Assembly: GCA_027065775.1 (NCBI GenBank)
Contig: JAMONN010000062.1
Location: forward strand, 1-30,493
DNA from: Flavobacteriaceae bacterium
GTDB taxonomy: Bacteria; Bacteroidota; Bacteroidia; Flavobacteriales; Flavobacteriaceae
Length of the DNA: 30,493 nt
Direction of reading: 5' to 3'
Shown here: positions 25,907-30,493 of the stretch, in pieces
Layout: each line of letters opens with the position of its first letter
How positions within the stretch are numbered: the stretch's first letter is position 1
Notes under the pieces: model-generated
The model's input: the letters and a program-made list of their open reading frames with translations, nothing else
Database searches by the model: none
What the model was told of the DNA's origin: nothing
Translations under genes and position numbers: made by a program

Positions 25907-27136
25907 CTAATACCAACGTTTCTTTTTCTTTTTACTAGCAACAGATTTTCTCCCTTTTTTATACTTGCGTTTTTTCTTTGGTTGGTTTTCTAAAACTTTT
26001 TTCTCTTTAATTAAATAAGGATGTTCTGTTTCTACAGGAATTGCTTTATTAATTAATTTCTGAATTGTTTTTACATAAGCATTCTCATCAGGTGAACAAA
26101 AAGCATAAGCATTACCAGTATTATTTGCACGACCAGTTCTACCAATTCTATGCACATAAATTTCTGGTACATTTGGCATATCAAATTGAATTACAGCATC
26201 TAAATTACTAATATCAATACCACGTGAAGCAACATCGGTTGCAATTAAGATATTTACCTCTTTATTTTTAAATTCCTGTAAAGCATTTTGCCTTGCAACT
26301 TGTGATTTGTCACCATGTAAACTAGTTACTTTATAGCCATTTCTTTTTATAGCTTTTTCTAATTTATCTACACCAAATTTTGTTCTTCTAAAAATTAAAA
26401 TACTTCCTTTTATGGTGTTTCTTAAAAGATGTAAACAGAGTTCCATTTTTTTCTGTTTAGGCACATAATACAATAATTGTGTAACCGTTTTTGCTGCCGA
26501 TGAAGTTTGTGCGACTTCTACTGTAATTGGTTCATTTAAAATAGTTTCGGCTAAATCAATAACTTTAGTTGGCATGGTTGCAGAAAACAATAAAATTTGT
26601 TTTTTTGGTGGACAAATTTTTACAACTTTTTTAATATCATCAATAAAACCCATGTCTAGCATTAAATCTGCTTCGTCTAAAACAAGTGTTTTTATGGTAT
26701 CTAAATTAATTTCTTGTCGTTTGTATAAATCTAATAACCTGCCTGGTGTGGCAATTAATATTTCTATTCCTTTTTTTAATTGCTCTATTTGTGGTTCCAT
26801 AGAAATACCACCAAAAACTACTGCAACTCTTAAGTTGGTATACTTTGCATACTCTTGAAAATCTTCTTTAATTTGAAATGCTAATTCTCTTGTTGGACTT
26901 AAAATTAAAGCTCTTATTTTTTTCTTTTTTGCATCCTGATCTATTAATAAATTCTGAATAATTGGTAATGCAAAAGCAGCAGTTTTACCAGTTCCTGTTT
27001 GTGCGGAACTAATAACATCTAAGTTAATTAATACTAACGGAATAGTTTTTTCTTGAACTTTAGTTGGTTCGTCATAACCTTTTTCGGCAATTGCACGTAA
27101 GATTGTTTTATTTAATTTCAGTTCTTTAAATGTCAT
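25907..27136 (-). CDS. DEAD-box ATP-dependent RNA helicase (RhlE-like) with a basic C-terminal tail
   Basis: Q-motif, AQTGTGKTAAFALP (motif I), DEAD, SAT, HRIGRTGR and a Lys/Arg-rich C-terminus. Confidence 0.9.
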   Translation of the reverse strand: MTFKELKLNKTILRAIAEKGYDEPTKVQEKTIPLVLINLDVISSAQTGTGKTAAFALPIIQNLLIDQDAKKKKIRALILSPTRELAFQIKEDFQEYAKYTNLRVAVVFGGISMEPQIEQLKKGIEILIATPGRLLDLYKRQEINLDTIKTLVLDEADLMLDMGFIDDIKKVVKICPPKKQILLFSATMPTKVIDLAETILNEPITVEVAQTSSAAKTVTQLLYYVPKQKKMELCLHLLRNTIKGSILIFRRTKFGVDKLEKAIKRNGYKVTSLHGDKSQVARQNALQEFKNKEVNILIATDVASRGIDISNLDAVIQFDMPNVPEIYVHRIGRTGRANNTGNAYAFCSPDENAYVKTIQKLINKAIPVETEHPYLIKEKKVLENQPKKKRKYKKGRKSVASKKKKKRWY

Positions 27137-27196
27137 TATTTTCTAGTAAAAAATAGAGGTCAAAGATAGTTATCTCCACTCTGTTTGAATAAAAAA

Positions 27197-29827
27197 CTAT
27201 AAATATTCTTTCGCTTTTTCTAAAGCTTCAGCAATTCCGTTAGGATTTCTTCCGCCTGCTGTAGCAAAAAATGGTTGTCCGCCGCCACCGCCATGAATTA
27301 ATTTTCCTAATTCTCTAACAACTTTACCTGCATCTAAACCTTTTTCAGCAACTAAGTTTTTAGAAATATAACAGGTTAGTAATGCTTTTTCTTCGTTTTT
27401 TGTGCCAGCAATAAAAAACAGATTGTCAATTTTATTTCCTAAATCAAACATTAAATTTTTAATTGCAGAAGCATCTAAATCTAAAGTGGTTGCTAAAAAA
27501 TTGACACCATTTATTATTTGAATATTTTTTTCTAAATCACTACCAACCGATTTTGCTTTTTCACGCATTAAACTTTCTATTTGCTTTTTAAGTTTTGCAT
27601 TTTCTTCTTGAATAGTAGCAACCGATTTTACCACACCAATAGGATTTTTTAACAGTTGTTTTAATTTTAAAAATTCTAAATCTTGATTGGTATAGTAATC
27701 TTTTGCAGCATCATTAGTTATCGCTTCAATACGTCTAATTCCACTAGCAACTGCACCTTCTTGTGTGATTTTAAAGTGCCAAATATCGCTTGTATTTTGT
27801 ACGTGTGTTCCTCCACAAAGTTCTTTAGATTTTCCGAATTCAATCATTCTAACTGTATCCCCATATTTTTCGCCAAAAAGAGCCATTGCGCCTTTTTCAA
27901 GAGCAGTATCCATAGTGATATTTCGGTGTTCTTTTAAATCAAGTTTTCCTCTAATTCTTGCATTTACAAAATCTTGAACTTCTTGTAATTCTTTTGGTGT
28001 TAATTTTGAAAAATGCGAAAAATCAAAACGTAAATATTTACTATGTACTGCAGAACCTTTTTGCTCTACATGTGTACCTAATATTTCTCGTAATCCTTGA
28101 TGTAATAAATGTGTTGCAGTATGATTACATTCCGTTCTAAAACGTTGTTTTTCATCTACAACTGTTTTAAAAGTATCCGTTACATTTTTAGGTAAATTTT
28201 TAGTAAAATGAATTATTAAATTATTTTCTTTCTTAGTATCTATAATATAAACTACGTTTCCGTTAGGAACTTCTAAATAACCTTTATCACCAACTTGTCC
28301 GCCACCTTCTGGATAAAAAGGCGTTAAATTGAAAACTAATTGGTACATATCTCCATCTTTTTTAGAAGAAATTTTACGGTATCTCGTAATTTTCACATTA
28401 CTTGACAATGCATCGTAACCAATAAATTCTTCTTCATTATCATCTACTAAAACAACCCAATCATCGGTATCTATTTTACTTGCAGAACGTGATCGTTCTT
28501 TTTGTTTTTGTAACTCTTCTTTAAATGTTTTTTCGTCTAAAGTATAACCTTGTTCACTTAAAATAAGCGCTGTTAAATCAATAGGGAAACCAAAAGTATC
28601 GTATAGTTCAAATGCTTTCTTTCCAGAAACTTCTTTTTCGTTTGTAGATTTAATTATTCCGTCTAATAGAATTAAACCTTGTTCTAAAGTTCTTAAAAAT
28701 GAATTTTCTTCCTCTTTAATAACGTTAGAAATTAATTGTCTTTGTGCGATTAACTCTGGAAATGCCTCACCCATTTGTTTAGAAAGTAAACCAACTAAAC
28801 GATACATAAATGGTTCTTTTTTATCTAAAAATGTAAAACCATAACGGATTGCTCTTCTTAAAATTCTTCGAATCACATAACCAGCACCATTATTAGAAGG
28901 TAATTGTCCATCGGCAATTGCAAAAGCAACCGCTCTAATATGATCTGCAATTACGCGTATGGCAATATCTTTTTCTTCACGTTTTTCTGGTGACAGTTTT
29001 TGATCTTCATAACGTGTTTGTGTAATTGTTTCCACTTCACGAATTAAAGGTGTAAACACATCGGTATCGTAATTAGATTGCACGCCTTGTATTACCATAC
29101 AAAGTCGTTCAAAACCCATACCAGTATCTACATGAGTTTCAGGTAAATTTTCTAAAGAACCGTCTGCTTTTCGGTTGTATTGCATGAAAACGAGATTCCA
29201 AATTTCGATAACTTGCGGATGATCCATATTCACTAATGATTTACCATCTACTTTTTCTTTGTCTTCTTTAGAACGAATATCTACATGGATTTCTGAGCAA
29301 GGTCCACAAGGTCCTTGTTTGCCCATTTCCCAAAAATTATCTGCTTTATTTCCGTTTATAATTCGGTTTTTGTCGATATATTTTGTCCAAATATCGAATG
29401 CTTCTTGATCAAAATCTAATTTATCTTTTTTATCACCTTCAAAAACAGTAACATAAATGGAGTTTTTATCAATTTTATAAACTTCCGTTAATAATTCCCA
29501 TGCCCAAGAAATTGCTTCTTCTTTAAAATATTCGCCAAAAGACCAATTACCTAACATTTCGAACATTGTATGATGGTACGTATCTTTACCAACTTCTTCT
29601 AAATCGTTATGTTTACCAGAAACACGCAAACATTTTTGAGAATCTGCTATACGTTTTACTTCGGCTTTTTTCTGACCTAAAAAATATTCTTTAAATGGTA
29701 CCATACCTGCATTAACAAACATTAATGTAGGGTCATTCTTTAAAACCATTGGTGCAGATGGCACAATTTTATGTTGTTTTTCTTTAAAAAAATCTAAAAA
29801 TTGCTGTCTTATTTCTGTTGCATTCAT
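27197..29827 (-). CDS. alaS: alanine--tRNA ligase
   Basis: 876 aa with class II aaRS motifs, the editing domain HxxxH...CGGTH and the C-terminal DHHA1-like region. Confidence 0.95.
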   Translation of the reverse strand: MNATEIRQQFLDFFKEKQHKIVPSAPMVLKNDPTLMFVNAGMVPFKEYFLGQKKAEVKRIADSQKCLRVSGKHNDLEEVGKDTYHHTMFEMLGNWSFGEYFKEEAISWAWELLTEVYKIDKNSIYVTVFEGDKKDKLDFDQEAFDIWTKYIDKNRIINGNKADNFWEMGKQGPCGPCSEIHVDIRSKEDKEKVDGKSLVNMDHPQVIEIWNLVFMQYNRKADGSLENLPETHVDTGMGFERLCMVIQGVQSNYDTDVFTPLIREVETITQTRYEDQKLSPEKREEKDIAIRVIADHIRAVAFAIADGQLPSNNGAGYVIRRILRRAIRYGFTFLDKKEPFMYRLVGLLSKQMGEAFPELIAQRQLISNVIKEEENSFLRTLEQGLILLDGIIKSTNEKEVSGKKAFELYDTFGFPIDLTALILSEQGYTLDEKTFKEELQKQKERSRSASKIDTDDWVVLVDDNEEEFIGYDALSSNVKITRYRKISSKKDGDMYQLVFNLTPFYPEGGGQVGDKGYLEVPNGNVVYIIDTKKENNLIIHFTKNLPKNVTDTFKTVVDEKQRFRTECNHTATHLLHQGLREILGTHVEQKGSAVHSKYLRFDFSHFSKLTPKELQEVQDFVNARIRGKLDLKEHRNITMDTALEKGAMALFGEKYGDTVRMIEFGKSKELCGGTHVQNTSDIWHFKITQEGAVASGIRRIEAITNDAAKDYYTNQDLEFLKLKQLLKNPIGVVKSVATIQEENAKLKKQIESLMREKAKSVGSDLEKNIQIINGVNFLATTLDLDASAIKNLMFDLGNKIDNLFFIAGTKNEEKALLTCYISKNLVAEKGLDAGKVVRELGKLIHGGGGGQPFFATAGGRNPNGIAEALEKAKEYL

Positions 29828-30126
29828 TGTGATTTAAACCTTAATTTCTAATTTAAAGGCAAAAGTAAGTTATTTTTTATTAGATGTGAAGTAGAAAAAG
29901 AATTCTTAGACACGGATTTCACAGATTACACGGATTTTGATGTTTATTTAGCCTCGAATTGTACTAATTTTCACAAATTTATTGCTGTGTGAATTTCACT
30001 GATATAGAGACTTTAAGTTTACCAAAATAAACTCTTAGACTTGTATTATACTTGTTTATGTAAAAGTGTAAAAACAGGAAGCCTGAGTATATAATGAGGA
30101 AGTAATAGCGTAAAATTTTTTATGGT

Positions 30127-30237
30127 TAGTGCAACAATAGGAAGGTTTAGTGCAGTTATTTTGGGGTCTAGTGCAAAATGAGGTATATAAAGTGTAGCAA
30201 TGTTAAGGTTTAGTGCGTAACTTTTTAGTGATAGTGC
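30127..30237. repeat. phased array of TAGTGC(A) sites with strict 21-bp periodicity
   Basis: TAGTGC occurs at 30127, 30148, 30169, 30211 and 30232, with a degenerate copy (gtgTAGCa) at ~30190. Most sites are preceded by GGTT(T). Confidence 0.5.
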
Positions 30238-30257
30238 CGTTTGTTTATGTTAAAGTA

Positions 30258-30291
30258 CAGTTTCTTGTGTTTACTGTTTCTTGTGTTTTTA
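30258..30291. repeat. tandem direct repeat (2 x ~16 bp), cagTTTCTTGTGTTTa / ctgTTTCTTGTGTTTtt
   Basis: Adjacent copies are visible directly. They lie next to the 21-bp phased array. Confidence 0.5.
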
Positions 30292-30493
30292 ACATATAAG
30301 GCATAAAAGAGCATATAAGTTTTGTTATTTGTTTTCTAGGTAGTTTATTTTATCTTTTAGTAGGTTCCTTAAATCCGCAAGTTAATTTAAAACTTCAGGA
30401 AAACCTTAAAATTTCATTTTTAGTTGTTCTTTACGGTAAATATATGTTGCATATTTTGTGTTTTTAATTACTTTTCGATTTCTTCTGTATATT

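Noticed and set aside
30127-30237. Possible CRISPR array from the regular 21-bp spacing
   Set aside because: The repeated unit is only ~7-11 bp with ~10-bp 'spacers', far below CRISPR repeat and spacer sizes. No cas genes are in the window.

Overview
This is an AT-rich, Flavobacteriia-like (Bacteroidota) chromosomal window. Promoters show the Bacteroidetes -7 TAnnTTTG box, there are no Shine-Dalgarno sequences, and genes are tightly packed. Most of the window is ordinary housekeeping. Left of the accessory region: a partial mmcQ/yjbR-like gene at the left edge, dprA, an endonuclease/exonuclease/phosphatase-family gene, hflX, a small membrane protein, a TolC-family outer-membrane protein and tsaB. 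Right of it: an SPFH/band-7 protein, a MobB-like/MobA fusion, proC, purK, a DUF2797-like protein, a MOSC protein, a heavy-metal-associated (HMA) copper-chaperone-like protein, trxA, cydAB, a Crp/Fnr regulator, a DUF2892 protein, a sulfide:quinone oxidoreductase (SQR)-like gene, a DEAD-box helicase and alaS. The stand-out is a ~6.5 kb accessory region at 6179-12700 between tsaB and the SPFH gene. It holds an unusually long WYL-domain regulator with a DUF2007 membrane partner. Divergent from it is a divergent RtcB-superfamily RNA ligase, followed by a RelE/ParE toxin-antitoxin pair and a promoter-plus-terminator small-RNA or 35-aa-ORF locus. Next comes a dense, AT-rich array of 8 tRNA or tRNA-like genes, several of them non-canonical. 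Downstream of the array lies a patch of degenerate tRNA remnants. A ~100-bp regulatory module (an operator-like palindrome CGCAA-N5-TTGCG, a candidate -7 box and a covarying 11-bp-stem hairpin) occurs twice: upstream of the RtcB-like gene and upstream of the tRNA-remnant/ncRNA region. I read this as a candidate, apparently undescribed, WYL-controlled RNA-damage repair and tRNA-supply system. Other observations: a coherent sulfide-tolerance cluster (Crp/Fnr, DUF2892, SQR, cytochrome bd, Trx, HMA, MOSC), paired palindromes flanking the mobA-proC spacer, and a strictly 21-bp-phased TAGTGC site array at the right edge. No CRISPR, integrase or transposase is visible.
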